A DNA stretch of 63,537 nt, the filler included, from Choristocarpus tenellus KU-1152 (taxonomy: Eukaryota; Protista; Phaeophyceae): assembly GCA_964200185.2 (NCBI GenBank). It is 13 parts of 13 records of this genome, joined end to end, with 100 filler letters (N's around TTAATTAATTAA, not from the genome) between each part and the next. Parts side by side here need not be neighbours in the genome. Positions count along the whole stretch, not along the records: positions 1 to 3,460 come from CAXNAD020019892.1; positions 3,561 to 8,178 come from CAXNAD020013771.1; positions 8,279 to 12,843 come from CAXNAD020013992.1; 10 more parts are not named here. One strand, written 5' to 3'. Under the pieces are notes generated by a model. It did not search any database. It had not been told where the DNA came from and saw only the letters and a list, made by a program, of their open reading frames with translations. Below are positions 1 through 12,843 of this stretch, piece by piece. Position 1 is the stretch's first letter, and every line of letters starts with the position of its first letter. The translations under genes were made by a program, and so were the position numbers.

Positions 1-715
1 GCACGTACCCCTTTGAATAAACGCAAGTAACCACATAATATCGAATCCAAAAGTGTTGATATCACCACCATGGACAGGTGGTGTGTACATGGATGAGACC
101 ACAAATAATTACAGGGCATCGAATCCAAAAATGGTCATTTAACCACCATTTGCAGGTGGTGTGTACACGCTTTGGAGCACAAATCATTTGAGGGAATCGA
201 ATGTAAGAGTGGGGATATCACCCCCACATGGACAGGTGGTGTGCACCCCTTCGAATAAACGCAACCACATAATATTGAATCCCAAAGTGTTGATATCACC
301 ACCGTGGAGAGGTGGTGTGCACACGGTTTGGAGCACAAAGCAACACAGGATATCGAATCCAACAATGGTCATTTAACCACCATGGACAGGTGGTGTGAAG
401 ACGGTTGGGACCACAAATAATTACAGGGCTTCGGATCTAAAAATGGTGATATGACCACCATGGCGATGTGGTGTGTGCACGCTTGGGACCACAAATAATC
501 ACAGGGCATCGAACCTAAGAATGGGGATATCACCATCATGGACAGGTGGTGTGCACACGGTTTGGAGCACAATCAAACACAGGACATCGAATCTAAAAAC
601 GGTGATATCACCACCGTGGAGAGGTGGTGTGTACACGGTTGGGAGCACAAAGCCACACAGGAAATCGAAACTAGAAATGCTGGAATCTCCACCATACACA
701 GGCGGTGGGTACAGT
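1..715. repeat. 78-bp tandem satellite (~9 units), each unit with an ACCACC-N7-GGTGGT hairpin
   Basis: Unit starts at 58, 136, 214, 292, 370, 448, 526, 604 and 682, an exact 78-bp period. The last unit is the most diverged and the array is truncated by the window start. Confidence 0.93.
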
Positions 716-3392
716 ATCATCTCAGCCACATGCTAATAAATTCTACATTGACGAACGATAGCCGCAACACCCGCCTAAGACGCTCTAAATCGTGACGGCG
801 TGTTTGCGACGTTGGTCATCCAGAGACGCTCCTGTGTAGGCCGCAGGAAGGGTGAACGTTTCTTGTATGGGGGCTCACCTTTTGTTTCCCTTTGGAGGCA
901 TTGTGGCGTCAGGTGGTTGTACCAAGCCTCGGAGTTGATCATGGGATTTCTGCATGGAGTGGGCACGTTCGAAACGGGACAGGAGGAACAAATAGAAAGA
1001 GAGAGGAAATATTTTGGGCATTGGGTCAGGCTCAGAGAGGATGGCATTAGGCGGTCGGTTCACACCATCCTCCAGCCGTACACAAACGATCACCTTGCAC
1101 GAGGTGGCAGTCCTGTCTTTTTTTACCTTTCGATACGCCCGGTATTCAGCGTAACGTACGGCGCACAGGGATAGCCACACTTGAGCACGGTTCCCATGCA
1201 AGGGATACACACGTACCCTCTCCTGACCAAGAGGGTATGGTCTTGTTATCTATTCCTTTTTCGGTAGTGTAACAACCAAACCATTGTCCGTACAACAAGA
1301 GCCACCTTTATTGAATGTTCTACCCCTATTATATAATAGTATATATTTTGCTGTTACAAACAGGCCACTTTGGGTGTTCCTTCTTCTAGGATTAAAAACG
1401 GATATTTAATAAACGGGATTTTGCATTCTTGACATAAGTCTCGAAACTTCTATGCATGACGATTATGTTGAATGGAACAAAAAAAGTTATGTACATATAT
1501 ATATTTATATATGCAACTCTTTACGCGCTAATTCTTCATTAGTGCGAAAGGGTGAAAACTTAGAGTTGGCATCTTCTTTTGCATAGATTCGTGGTTCTTT
1601 ACTCTTACATTGGAAAAAAAATGTATATTTACACTTCGTCTAGTGTTATACTATATATTGCACAACAAAGAAAAAAATTCTCCAAACTACATATGCGAGA
1701 GACCCCACACTCCCTCACCCTCTCGACAACAAAGCAACGAGTCAGGACAATATTGAGGAATTCGTCGTAGTGGTTGTTCAAGGTGACCACATCCGTCGCA
1801 CTGCAGATGTACGATGGCGACCCACCAGCCACTAGGGGATCTCTCTAACAATGGGACTGAATTCATGGACCTCGGAGGGGTGGACACCAGGACATCCCAA
1901 AGGCAAGACCACGTCTGGTCGCAGCAAGACACACTCAAATGTGGCCTGTGCGTTCTGTAATTGCCTCAATGGGGGATAAGCGCTTGAAGAATAGGCTTAG
2001 CAAAGCATATGGTCACCATACCCTTCCGAAAGTACAGATTTGCATCGAAATCCGAGAGACGTGGTATTCACTACTTCCGCCGTAGTTCCGAGCCGGTGAC
2101 GCACACCTCCTCCCATAAAGAGCAGAACGAAACCTATCGACAAAGCTCGTGTGCTCCGATATCCGCGTTCCGATACCTATCGGAACCAAACGATGTTCCT
2201 TACGGTTTCCATTCCCGATCCCAACCATAGCACCTGTCCCGACCCTAACCCTATGCCCCAACCCTGACACTCTCTCTCACCCTTACATGTTGATGAAATA
2301 ACACCGATTCATGTTTCCCCCTTCCTTCATCTGCTCGACTCATGTTATTCTTTGTCATACTTTACTGTTGGTCAAAGTCAAAGTAAAACAAATCATGTCA
2401 TTTTCGCCGAACGTTGTTCCACAACAGAGTGTGACGAAAGTTGCTGCGGTCGACATACCAAATTTTTCGAGCCACATACCCCTAAACCATTGTCCTGGAC
2501 TCTTCACAAACCTCAATCGCTATCTTGTCCCCCCCATAGAGCAAGGTGCACATACCATCGTATGCGCATGTGGGGCTATGTGTTGACCTACATCACATGT
2601 AACGTTCAATATTGATTCCACAAAATCCATAGTACACATTAGTTTACCGTTTGTCCGAACACGTCAATTGTGATATATACGTGAGCTAACGATGTCAGCG
2701 GTGACACCCACCATGCACCTGTCAAGTGCTTTCCAATAGAAATTGGTACCAAAACACACTTTGTACCGTTGGACAAACTACGCCCAGTCACCTCGTCCTA
2801 CACATGCTTCATCCTTTTTTTGGTAACGTTTTGTATGTGGCTCGCGATTGACCGCATATGCAACACACACATTTTCAAGAGAATCTAATAGGGGCAGTTT
2901 CGGTTATTGATGCGTCAAACACACCCTTCTCTATGCTTTCAAAGTGGGGTGTCATTCACACGGCCCTTTTCCGTTGAGCACCTAGAGTGACCAAACCTTG
3001 TGCGCGAGCACCTTTCCCCGAAGAAAGATGGAATATTACTGAGGTTCGCATGATGAGGATCGATCACTAGTGTCAAAGGAAACAAACCCACCCAACTTAC
3101 ATCGTGACCTCCTTTCAATCCCACTCAGGAGACGGGGACTAAAGAGACTGCCCAAGACCAGTGCCGCCCATTCGTGGAAGAAATCCAAAACGGACCAGAT
3201 AATGGACCTCTTCCTCTCCATGGTTGTCAACCACGATGACTCAGAAGAGATGGAAGGAAGCGGCCGCACTTGGAACGACCTTGCCTCTTGGTTGTTGGAT
3301 GAGAAGAGCAGATTTGCACGAAAGCTCATTCTTCCATGTACTTTCTTCCAGTTCTCTCTTAGGCACTGAACCTGGAGATCGGTGGCCGTATG

Positions 3393-3460
3393 GACCCAAA
3401 GTATCTGGGAGGGGGGGGGGTCTACACCAAGGTGTCCATTTGGACCAAAATCAGGAAAAG
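3393..3460 (+). mobile_element. G-rich TIR terminus (GACCCAAAGTATCTGGG...), contig end
   Basis: Near-identical to 27362-27420 and 63480-63537. Shares the CAAAGTATCT core with the ~255-bp MITE TIR. Confidence 0.7.
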
Positions 3461-3560
3461 NNNNNNNNNNNNNNNNNNNNNNNNNNNNNNNNNNNNNNNN
3501 NNNNTTAATTAATTAANNNNNNNNNNNNNNNNNNNNNNNNNNNNNNNNNNNNNNNNNNNN
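3461..3560. other. Artificial contig linker N44-TTAATTAATTAA-N44 (first of 12)
   Basis: Identical 100-nt linkers start at 3461, 8179, 12844, 18688, 24505, 28360, 31643, 35530, 39492, 45982, 51249 and 58087. TTAATTAATTAA gives stop codons in all six frames. Confidence 0.98.
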
Positions 3561-3613
3561 CCCTCTCCCCCCCCCCACATACACACACTTTGGGGATTAT
3601 CCGCTTTCTTGAG

Positions 3614-4111
3614 GTGGCCCTGATGACCCTTCCCTGTCTATCAGAGGAGGCCCCTCAGACCATACAGGATGCTGCAGATTCTCTCTTCAATGCACTCATC
3701 TTTCTTGACAGGGATGCCATTTGGCTACTGCTACTTCAGACAGTGGACAACGCCGGGATCGAAACCGTCTGTCCTCACAAATATCTTAGTTGTGTGCAAT
3801 ATCCATCCCAAGCACAGAACGGAACCCCTGCATTGATGGTGGGGACGAGGTCTGGTACAAGAAAGGGAGCTGGGGCCAAGGATGTTGTTTCTCTTGCCGG
3901 CAGAGAGTTGGTTACTACAACAGCTTTGCGAAATGGGACAGGGGTGGCACTTACTACAGGGGGAGATTCTACCTCTGCGTTTGAGTGGGTTAAACCCTGT
4001 GTGCTTGAAGATGGGCCTAGACATGGAGGAGATGTGGCTCGTCTTTGTACTTCTGCTGCTTCGAAGTTGCTCACACGGATTGCGAGTGGAGAATATGAAG
4101 AACACATGTAA
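3614..4111 (+). CDS. TTI1: Terminal exon of TELO2-interacting protein 1 (TTT complex) homolog
   Basis: VALMTLPCLSEEAPQTIQDAADSLFNALIFLDRDAIWLLL...PHKYLSCVQ matches the TTI1 C-terminal pattern (YLSxxQPxxLQEAAxSVFxxLxxVDxDxxWxLL...PHPxLxxVQ). Probable acceptor cttgag at 3613; stop TAA at 4109-4111. Confidence 0.72.
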   Translation: MALMTLPCLSEEAPQTIQDAADSLFNALIFLDRDAIWLLLLQTVDNAGIETVCPHKYLSCVQYPSQAQNGTPALMVGTRSGTRKGAGAKDVVSLAGRELVTTTALRNGTGVALTTGGDSTSAFEWVKPCVLEDGPRHGGDVARLCTSAASKLLTRIASGEYEEHM

Positions 4112-5908
4112 AATCGATGCTTGTCAATACTTCCCTAAATAAGGAAAACAGAGTATGTTTTTTTAAAATAGGTGTTAGAGTGCACCCTGAAACTGTGTGT
4201 GTATGAATCTTGAACAAAGATTAACTTCAGTTGCACCATTGGTCAAAGAAAGTCAAAGGTTTGCCACACAAACACGAGACACAACAGCACTGGTTGGGAC
4301 CTCCTTCCTGTAACATGATAATTGATATAAATTTATTTTCCTTCTCAATCGCTTCTTGACAGCACCCGCACACCCTCTTCAATCAACACCCTATGCTTCT
4401 TCTCCTCCCTCCTGGTGAATTCTGTCTAAGCCCAACAGCCACCCCAGCCTCAGGTCATTTCATGACAGTTCTATGTACAGCCAGCCCATTGCAGTACAAC
4501 AGAAATAGTAGCATAATATTTGCTCAATCAAGTAAACTTGCTTGTTTGTTGTCACTGGTTAGACCTGTTTGTTCTATCTAGTTGTTTCTAATTATTATTT
4601 TGAACTCTTGTCACGGAGTCATTGAGAAAGGGCGTGCCCAATAAGATAGAAAAATCTCGTCCAAAAATAATAGGTGTGGATGGCGTCAGAAGCAATCGGG
4701 AAAGAAAAACAGTTTTAACACACCAAGCTGTAAGATATGGATCATGCATTCGACAGATTATTTATTTTTAAGACTACTTGAGTAGTTCTTACAAGGCAAG
4801 GAGTGATCAAATAATATATTCGTTGTTCACTCCACCTTCCTGAAATCACTCAGGCGTCAGTGCCTACTAATACAATTCAAGGATGCGCTTGAAATAGTGG
4901 TACTCTGGATTACAACCATTGAACGTCACACACTAAGTACTTCAAATAGGTATGATTTAGCATTATTATTACTGTTGTATTTTCCAAAAATAATGTTAAT
5001 AATATTATGATGAGAGAACGAGGTATAGGACATTCTTGGATGGATGCTGTGGACATGAAGGTGGACTACAGTACAACATCATCACAGTAGTAGTGTCACA
5101 AGCATCCACAGCCACTAGCACTGGGTTTTGTTCGGTGTTGATGCATTTTGGGGAGCGAGGTTTATTGAATCTTGACGGAAACTATTAATTATAGGAATGC
5201 ATCGATTTTGGTCAATCAAGTGTACTGCTTGGCATCATTCAAAGAAGAACATTGATGTCATATTCTCTAGTCTCCAAACAGGCTAATTGAATTCTACAAC
5301 CATGATACTATTCCAACACTCCAAAAACCTAGAAATTGGTTATACCTACAAAATCAAAACCAAGAAATAGAGGTTGAGGAATTACTGCTTTTCAACCTAT
5401 TAATTATACTACCCATCACCCCGTCATTCAATCCACCCAGGACATACACACTATTATTAACCCTCCTACTGCTTCCTACGTACTCTGGAAGAAATTGTTA
5501 TATTTTCATGGTATTTACTCATTGAGTGGTATATACTCAACTACATTATATTCTTACTGTATGCAACAACAAAAAAGATGGGGAAAGAGAACGGATAAAT
5601 TTCATTGAATTTATACTTCAATTTTTTTGTGACCCCTGCATAGGATTCTGAAGGAATGTACGTCTTTTAGTTTAGGTGTTAGACTATTATGGTTGTATCC
5701 TATTGATCTGGTATATTGCGACATGTGATATTAAGCCATTCTATTGGCGTGCATGTACCTGAAGCATCACCATTGCACCAATAATCCATATTTTGATGGT
5801 GTGTGGTGGGTGAAACTGACATTAGTATTGACTGTGGTCATGATCACTACAAACAAAACAACGATGAAGAAATATGAGACGATTGTGGTCGGGGAAGAGG
5901 TTGGGGGA

Positions 5909-7380
5909 ATGGCAAGCGCTGATGGAGGAAATCCTCCCTCGAGAGAGCTAGGACGTTTCGTCGCCGATTTCGAGACAAAGGTGCTCCAGCCAGTCAGAGA
6001 AAAACGGGCTACAGGCAACGAAATCCTTGCTGTGCGATCCGTGGCGACAGGGGTGAGGTGCCATCTCGCTGAACTCTTAAAGTGCAGCTCAATCGTTGTA
6101 CTCTGAGTAAACCAGAACAAGCTAGGTTGCTCTATCCCTTCTAAGCAGAGGATGAGAGGAGAGGAGAACAAGGAAGCCTGAAGTCAGCTTCTATCGTAGG
6201 GGGGGCGGGATGAGGCAGCACCCCACCCAGACAGCATCCTCGCAGTCCAGAGTCCAAGCGTGTTGATCACACATAATTACCATAATTGCCTAGACCATTT
6301 TTTTAATGCTAAAAGCATACTCTAGAATTGATGTCCTCCAACATCGGATCATATGGCATACCACTGTAGATTTCGCCACACCACAAAGCAAAATGTGAAC
6401 TTGCAGTAGAACCGAACCCACGCTACACAGCAAACTTGCTATGTTTTCTGTTGATATGTATGTACCTACTCATCCTCTCCCCAATGACTAAGACTTGACT
6501 TGCTCTATCGCTGCAACCTCTGCACCCCTGACGCATTCTTGGCTCCCACCCACACGCCTTTCATCCTTCACCACCCTCAATTATTCAACCCCCAGACAGT
6601 GCGTGACGCTGGCTGGGAGGGTCTGCTTGATGGTGAAGTCTGTCGCCATGGTCCCATATTGGAGACTGTTGTCACGTTTCTGCGGTGGGTACCCATCAAG
6701 CTTTCTTTGGATGAGGCCCTAAGGCTATGCCTCTGCTGTGGAAATGCCCTCGCTAAGGAAGTGAGTACGGGTAGGTGAGGACAAAAAAACTGTGTTGAGG
6801 GCGGAAGCACTCCGTATGTGCTGTACTCCGAACTTCTGGCAGGAGGATTTGTAAAGAAGCTTATTCTAGCGGAGGAAACTATAATCCGGATGAGGCATCT
6901 GAATAGCGATTGTGACTGGGCTTGAGACTACTGTAAGGTTTCTGCCACTCCAAATCCTGACTTTAAGTCACTTACCATCTCCCTCCTCCCCAACCAACCC
7001 TTGATTGTCGTTCCCTTCTACACTTGCTTTTGTCGTGCTTCCCCCCTATGTCCCACACATTGTTCTCCCCAGTACAAGCTCTTGTTGAGTTCTAGTCCCG
7101 AGGGAGCATTAGTCTGCATAGTCAGAGCACAGGCACAAGCATAGACTACATTCTCGGAGTAATGGAAAAACCACATATCAAGTGATGACACATCACTATT
7201 TTCCCTCACTGCTACTTAATAATTCTGTATCTCATAAGACACCACACATCTACCATTTGATGACGCCAGGTAAACATTAGACCATACTGATTCTTAAGAA
7301 AAACCTATTCTCTACCTGTACTTGTATCCTCATCCTCAAATACAGGGAGAATTCACATGTGCACGGGAATATTTTTACAA
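5909..7380 (+). CDS. 5' part of a spliced TPR-containing protein (exons ~5909-6031, 6596-6760, 7346-7380)
   Basis: ATG at 5909, a 165-nt phase-0 exon (cag|...|gtgagt) and a short exon (cag|...|gtatgt). The join reads LRLCLCCGNALAKE-GEFTCAREYFYK, a TPR-like motif. The exon-1 donor could alternatively follow 6052. Confidence 0.55.
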
Positions 7381-8154
7381 GTATGTCATCACTCGTTGCA
7401 CAGAAATAGAGGTGCAAGGGAAAAAAACTGGGGAAAGGGTGAAGATTGGGGGTAAGGTTGAGATTGGAGAGAAGCCCACTACAGAGACTACAACCAACAG
7501 ACGGGTCGGGGTTGGAAGACTTACTTCACTGCAATTGAGTTGGCTTGTCCAAGCCAAGTTTGGGACTGCATCTACAAACCTGTGTGAGGGATGCACATGC
7601 TCTGACTGTAAACATCCCAACTATTCCACAGATATATGCCTCTTCAACCACTGGATAATCTAAATGGACTCTTGTGTGTACTTCACATAGTAAACAGAGA
7701 GTGTCGAATTAATTCAAAGTAGAATCATCCCAAATATTCCCATGTTCCCATGAGGTGGTGACCACAATTAGCTAGTGCTTCATCAATGTCCACATCTATT
7801 CACTTGCATATTTACTTCGACAATCAGACGAAGGACTTGAGCTAGAGGTACCTCAAAATGTTGTCCTTTCCATTTGTGCCACTCTGATGCTAAAAAGTAC
7901 TGTATTTTGTGACCACTATACATCAATAGCAACACAACATATAGTGAAGGGGATTACCTCTGCACTCTAACAGCTTGCTAGGGAGACTTTTTTGGGCCGA
8001 GGGAGAATTATTTGGGAGACCCCACTAGGTAGAACTTGCAGTCACGAAGGGCATACCATATTTCCTTGTCATTTCTTAAACTAGACTTCATTTCTGCATC
8101 ATTGTAAATAAAAGAGCATTGGAGGCTAGCAATGACATTCCCAACAAGGCGATT

Positions 8155-8178
8155 GACCCAAAATATCTGGAGGGGGGG
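8155..8178 (+). mobile_element. G-rich TIR terminus at contig end
   Basis: GACCCAAAATATCTGGAGGGGGGG runs into the linker. Confidence 0.6.
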
Positions 8179-8859
8179 NNNNNNNNNNNNNNNNNNNNNN
8201 NNNNNNNNNNNNNNNNNNNNNNTTAATTAATTAANNNNNNNNNNNNNNNNNNNNNNNNNNNNNNNNNNNNNNNNNNNNAAAGAACAAAAGAACGGTAGAG
8301 AAGGAAAAAAAAAAAAAGGGGAAAAAAAATCAAATGAAAACAACCCCCCTCCCAAAAAAAACAAAAAACCCCCAAAAAAACAAAAAAGAAAAAATCAATA
8401 GGAAGTAGTACCGATCAAATTCCAAGTACCTACCCGCCGGCGCCGAGACCGTGAAGACAAATTACCTCACCCGGCAAAAAATAAATAAATAAATAAAAAA
8501 TAAAAAATAAAAACTTGGGACTGTCGCAAAAGGTTGTTGTTGTATGTGCATTGGAAGCTTGGAGTGTGAGACTCGAGGGGGTTTCTAAGGAGGTGTACAA
8601 AGTAGAGGGTGGGTGGGTGGGATGAACCGAAAAAGGCTCTGCCAAGACTTAAAAACGGGAGGCTCCTGTGGGAATGCAATAAAAGAGTCCGTACATTCGG
8701 GGCGGACAAAAGCCTGACGCTGGCGACAACCCGGCAGTAGGATTCCTGTAGTACACGAGCAGTCTGACAACATACACAACATACACACACACACACATGC
8801 ATTCGGGCAGGCGTGCTTTGTGTGTGTATGTGTGTACGCGTGTGTGGGTAAACACGTAC

Positions 8860-8992
8860 CCTTTATGCTGATCTCGACCAGGGCGATCATGGAAAAGCCG
8901 GCAAGAAGAGCAGAGAGTGATGCGATCTGCTCGAGCTGCTTGGCCTTGCCGTCCACGGACCTCTTACGATCGCCAACGGAACGCCACCAAAC
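8860..8992 (-). CDS. ORAI: Exon of an ORAI (CRAC calcium channel) homolog, pore helix TM1
   Basis: VWWRSVGDRKRSVDGKAKQLEQIASLSALLAGFSMIALVEISIK compared with human ORAI1 TM1 ...[24 protein letters not shown]; the selectivity-filter Glu is present. Acceptor aag| at 8993, donor G|gtacgt at 8859. Confidence 0.82.
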
Positions 8993-11419
8993 CTTGGGTA
9001 TATGCACATAAATATGCACATACATAGACACACACACACACACACATATGCATGCATACTTTCGCGTGTTAAGTGCACAGAGGTTCAACCGTGATTTATA
9101 TCAATACAAATGGAATGAGGGACGTACGTATGCAGCAAGAAGTGTTGCGGACCAATTCTTGGGCAAATACACCAATCTCGGGAGGCGTTCTGCTCTCGAA
9201 ATATGAGGTGGAAAAAACCAGTCCCAGTGTTGACCTTTTCCCTATGAATTGCACCTAGCAAATGAGTTTGTGACATTAATCTCTGCGATGTACGTATTCA
9301 ATTTCCACATCCAGAGCAAGTGAAGGATAGCACCACACAATCACCAGTCAGAAGACTTGATGGTGAGAATCAAAGATAGGACGATCAGATCTGCGATTCA
9401 CCAATAATAGTAGTGCTGGTATGCTAGCAACGGCGGTTATCATCGGTTCTTTCACCCCATGAACACACAGCTGAAATACAAAACATTTTGGTAGGAGAGG
9501 GGGGTTTCATCGGGATAGTGGATAGCATGGGAGGGCAATGCCCATTTTGAAGGAGTCTCTGGTGTCCAAGTGTTTTTTCAGTGCACTGGTAGACACAAAG
9601 CACGTGTGAAAGTTAATGAGATATACGTCCTCCAACACCTAAAGAGTGATTCAGAGTTGTGATACTCCGAATTTTCTAAGAAAGAGTAAAACCGTCATTT
9701 TCATGTTCGGAAGATGCATAAATTGCAAGCACTGGGGGAGGGTAAGGGACGGCCAATAGGTTCAGAATCAACAGGACGATTATTTCAGCACAAGAAAGTG
9801 TTCGGCAGGAGAGGGACAGAGACAACTTAGATGAGTTGCTTTGAAGTCGAAGCCCAATCACATTCCCCGCCACATTGTGGAAAAATATATTGCCTACCAG
9901 CATTACTGTACTGTAGATTCAGACAGACATTTGATTTACTAGGAGTCGGTATTTGATGTTAAATGTGCATGACATTAGGAGTAGACCACAAGGGCAGCGG
10001 TGTGAAAAACAATGGCATGATTGTATCCGAGTCAACATTTGGCTTCACATTGCTGCGTAACCTTGCTCAGGTCAAACTTCTTCCCCCCTGCCCCCACCTT
10101 GATATGAGTAAGTGCCCTGATGCCTTGCATCGACATTCGCACGACTCGATCGACTACATTTCTGCAGTCTGTATCGTCTCATCTATGGCACCTAATATTC
10201 CTGACGCTGATTTCTTGAAGTTGACGAAATAGTATTGACCACTCTCACCTCTTCTAGGTGCCATTGTATCTCCTTTCGTCGATACTCCATGTCCTCTTCC
10301 CGACACTTGATATTCCATGCCATATCCGCAATCTGCAGGTTTTCAGGGTTTGTTTAAGAGTCATCTTATTGTGGTGAAGAAAGTAAACGGTGGAGGCACT
10401 AGCGGTTGCACAACGGACATGGCCATAGAGAAGGGTAGTGGAGCTGAGAGGTATGCCTACATAAGGACTTAAGACGGGTTACCAACTTCTTGCATTCACC
10501 CAGGAGGGTCTCCTGGGCGTATGCGTTGATGGCCGAGAAGGAAGCATGGATGATTCCCTCTTTACCACCAAGATACTCCAAGTCAGGAAGATGCATAAGC
10601 ACTGGCGATGTAGCATAAGCAATCGAGGCTCTCGTGGAGACCTCAAGTACAAAAATGCAAAATTTCCACCCATCCAAGACCAACATATCGTACGCTCAAC
10701 GCACCCCACCTCCATGCCCCCACTCCCCAGGCTCGCCAGTAAGTTCATGGTACTTAGCTGCTGAGTATTGTATCCTCTTCACTTCAAGAGAGAAACGCTA
10801 AGGACAAGAACTTTGAATTGCTACAAATAAAGCGATCAACTACAACGGGGATTATTTCGAGACCTTGCGAGGCGATCATGGGTGTATTTTAAATTTGTAA
10901 TATTGACATTTTTTATTTCTACTCTTTGATATACAGTATAGAGATGTGAATAAATGTGTTGAACTGGTTCATCAATAACTCCTTGGTGAACCTATAAAGT
11001 GTTGACAGTTGGCTCCTGCATCAACTTTGTCGAGCGATAACTTTTGATCAACAACAATTTTTTTCATGAAAATTCGTTTGTTCTAATCGCATCAGCATGC
11101 TTAACCTTGTTTGATAGGTTTCGGCTGGCCAACTTGCAGTATTCTGAGAAATACAGATCCATACTTAAATCAAGTAGTCCGCGCGTACGGTTCGCATGGG
11201 GGGGGTGCCACACGGCGCGCGCGAACCGAGCATTTAAAGATGATTTTGACACCTGATGATGAGGTTATCTTCACCTGGCGAACATAGGCGCTGTTGTCTC
11301 TCCATTCTCTTTCCATTATTCCCCATTTATGCAATATTGTGACCTGCTGGCTACGGCTCACTCATCATGGTGGTCCAAGTCTCTGAACCAGAAAATCCAT
11401 GCCAAGTCCAATGAGGTAT

Positions 11420-11745
11420 TCTGAAGGTGCAGGCCTCTTGTGAGACTTAAATGTCTTTTACACCCAGTCCAATTTGGTGCACTCCACGTCTTTCTCGTTG
11501 GAATATATAAGTGTACAGGTGGTAAGCAATGCTCAACCTGAAGAACCTCTCTCTCCATAATTACTCTGGACAGCCGTCCTTCCTCCTTAAGACCGACAGG
11601 AATGTTGGCTCTCATTCCAGGCAACGTGTAGTCAGAGTGCCCTCGTGCATCATAGTGCTTCGCCTGACCCCAAGACCATCTCTATCGGGTTCAATTCACA
11701 GTGGTAGTTTGCAGTGTCCTCGACGACGCTCAACCAGAATTGTGT
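11420..11745 (-). mobile_element. Decayed IS630/Tc1-like (DDE_3) transposase, C-terminal part
   Basis: Frameshifted reading YHCELNPIEMV/WGQAKHY/ARGHSDYTLPGMRANIPVGL...WVxKTFKSHKRP matches the HCELNPIExxWGxAK...YKSHRR signature. Confidence 0.72.
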
Positions 11746-11805
11746 CCTGTGAGTGACTTAAACAATATTTAGCTGAGGTTAGCCCACGTACCGTTTTGGT
11801 GGGTA

Positions 11806-12086
11806 CCAATCTTGATTTTTTTTTAAGAAGTTGCCCAATGTGTTATTCGACTATTAGCATTTAAAATGAAAGCTCTGGATCTAAGCTATCGACTGGTCCA
11901 AGTAATTCTTTCGAAAATGATCTTTGGTCGTGATAATTCATTCCAGAACATTTCTAAGGTTGTGCCGAAAACATTCGGTTAGAATTTAACCTTACCAAAA
12001 AAGTTCCGAAAAAATTCCTTTGCACTAGTGATAGCTTAGATCTTAACACGTTGGGCAACCCTTTCAAAAAATCAAGATTGATTGGT
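11806..12086. mobile_element. Foldback/palindromic MITE-like element (~280 bp)
   Basis: 11806-11846 is an imperfect inverted repeat of 12044-12086, and 11877-11928 of 11994-12043. Confidence 0.7.
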
Positions 12087-12343
12087 CTCATCCTAGAGGC
12101 GACCACTAATACTTTTAACAGATCGTTTGGTGGGACATGCCCACCGTCAGTAAGTCCATGGTGACCTCCCATATTGAAACATTTGATTGTCATCTCTACA
12201 TGAACTTGGTTCACAAGGTCCGACCAGTGGACCTACTCGTGCTGGTCAATGATGTTAATGAACTTAGTCATGTTCGAAATTTCGTGTACGTGATGAACTA
12301 TGGACCTTCATCATGCTGAATGGCGATGTTAGACACTACCCAT

Positions 12344-12493
12344 AACAGCCGATTTCAATAATTGAGGATGGAGCTTTTCATTGAGGATGGGCTGTATTAC
12401 AAAAAAAAACATATCCACAGTTTCTCCCAGTCAATTTTGGTCAAGCTCATCCTCGACGAAAAGCTCCATCCTCAATCTTTGAAATCGGCTGTT
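12344..12493. mobile_element. 150-bp MITE with ~50-bp TIRs and 4-bp TSD CCAT
   Basis: AACAGCCGATTTCAA...TTGAAATCGGCTGTT, flanked by CCAT at 12340-12343 and 12494-12497. Confidence 0.85.
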
Positions 12494-12641
12494 CCATGTC
12501 CATAGACTTCACACCATTTTCTGTGTTGCTGTTGAGGCAATTTTTTTTACATTCTACCTGGTATGTTAAGGAGATGATGATGTACAATGTTCTCTTGTCT
12601 GTATCTTGCATACTATACTATTAATTACTATATGTACATTA

Positions 12642-12843
12642 ATATTTATTATTATGCCCTCTGACATGTTGCAGACGTATTAGGGGGGAAACCAATAAAA
12701 ACTATATATATGCATATCGTTATAAGCCCTAAAGAAATATCCTAAAGGTAAGAACACTATAAAACATTTAAAGTGTGGAAACCACTAATCAGTTACTTCA
12801 CCACTATCAAATATTTATTATTATGCTCTCTGACATTTTGCAG
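12642..12843 (+). repeat. Dispersed AT-rich repeat (ATATTTATTATTATGCCCTCTGACA...), two copies here
   Basis: Copies at ~12642 and ~12810 (+), ~19560-19605 (-) and ~58283-58330 (+). Confidence 0.65.

Noticed and set aside
1-715. CRISPR array (regular palindromic repeat with variable intervening DNA)
   Set aside because: The would-be spacers are homologous to each other, the repeats are degenerate, no cas genes are present and the context is eukaryotic.
775-3390. Several 60-125 aa ORFs in contig 1
   Set aside because: No recognisable motif or consistent exon chain. They may be decayed TE sequence but this is unsupported.
3505-3516. TTAATTAATTAA as a biological repeat or piggyBac TTAA site
   Set aside because: It is always centred in exactly 44+44 Ns and is a synthetic six-frame-stop spacer.
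10510-10680. piggyBac-like transposase remnant (DSLFTT...GDLK...KFP)
   Set aside because: The motif match is too weak to call without a search.
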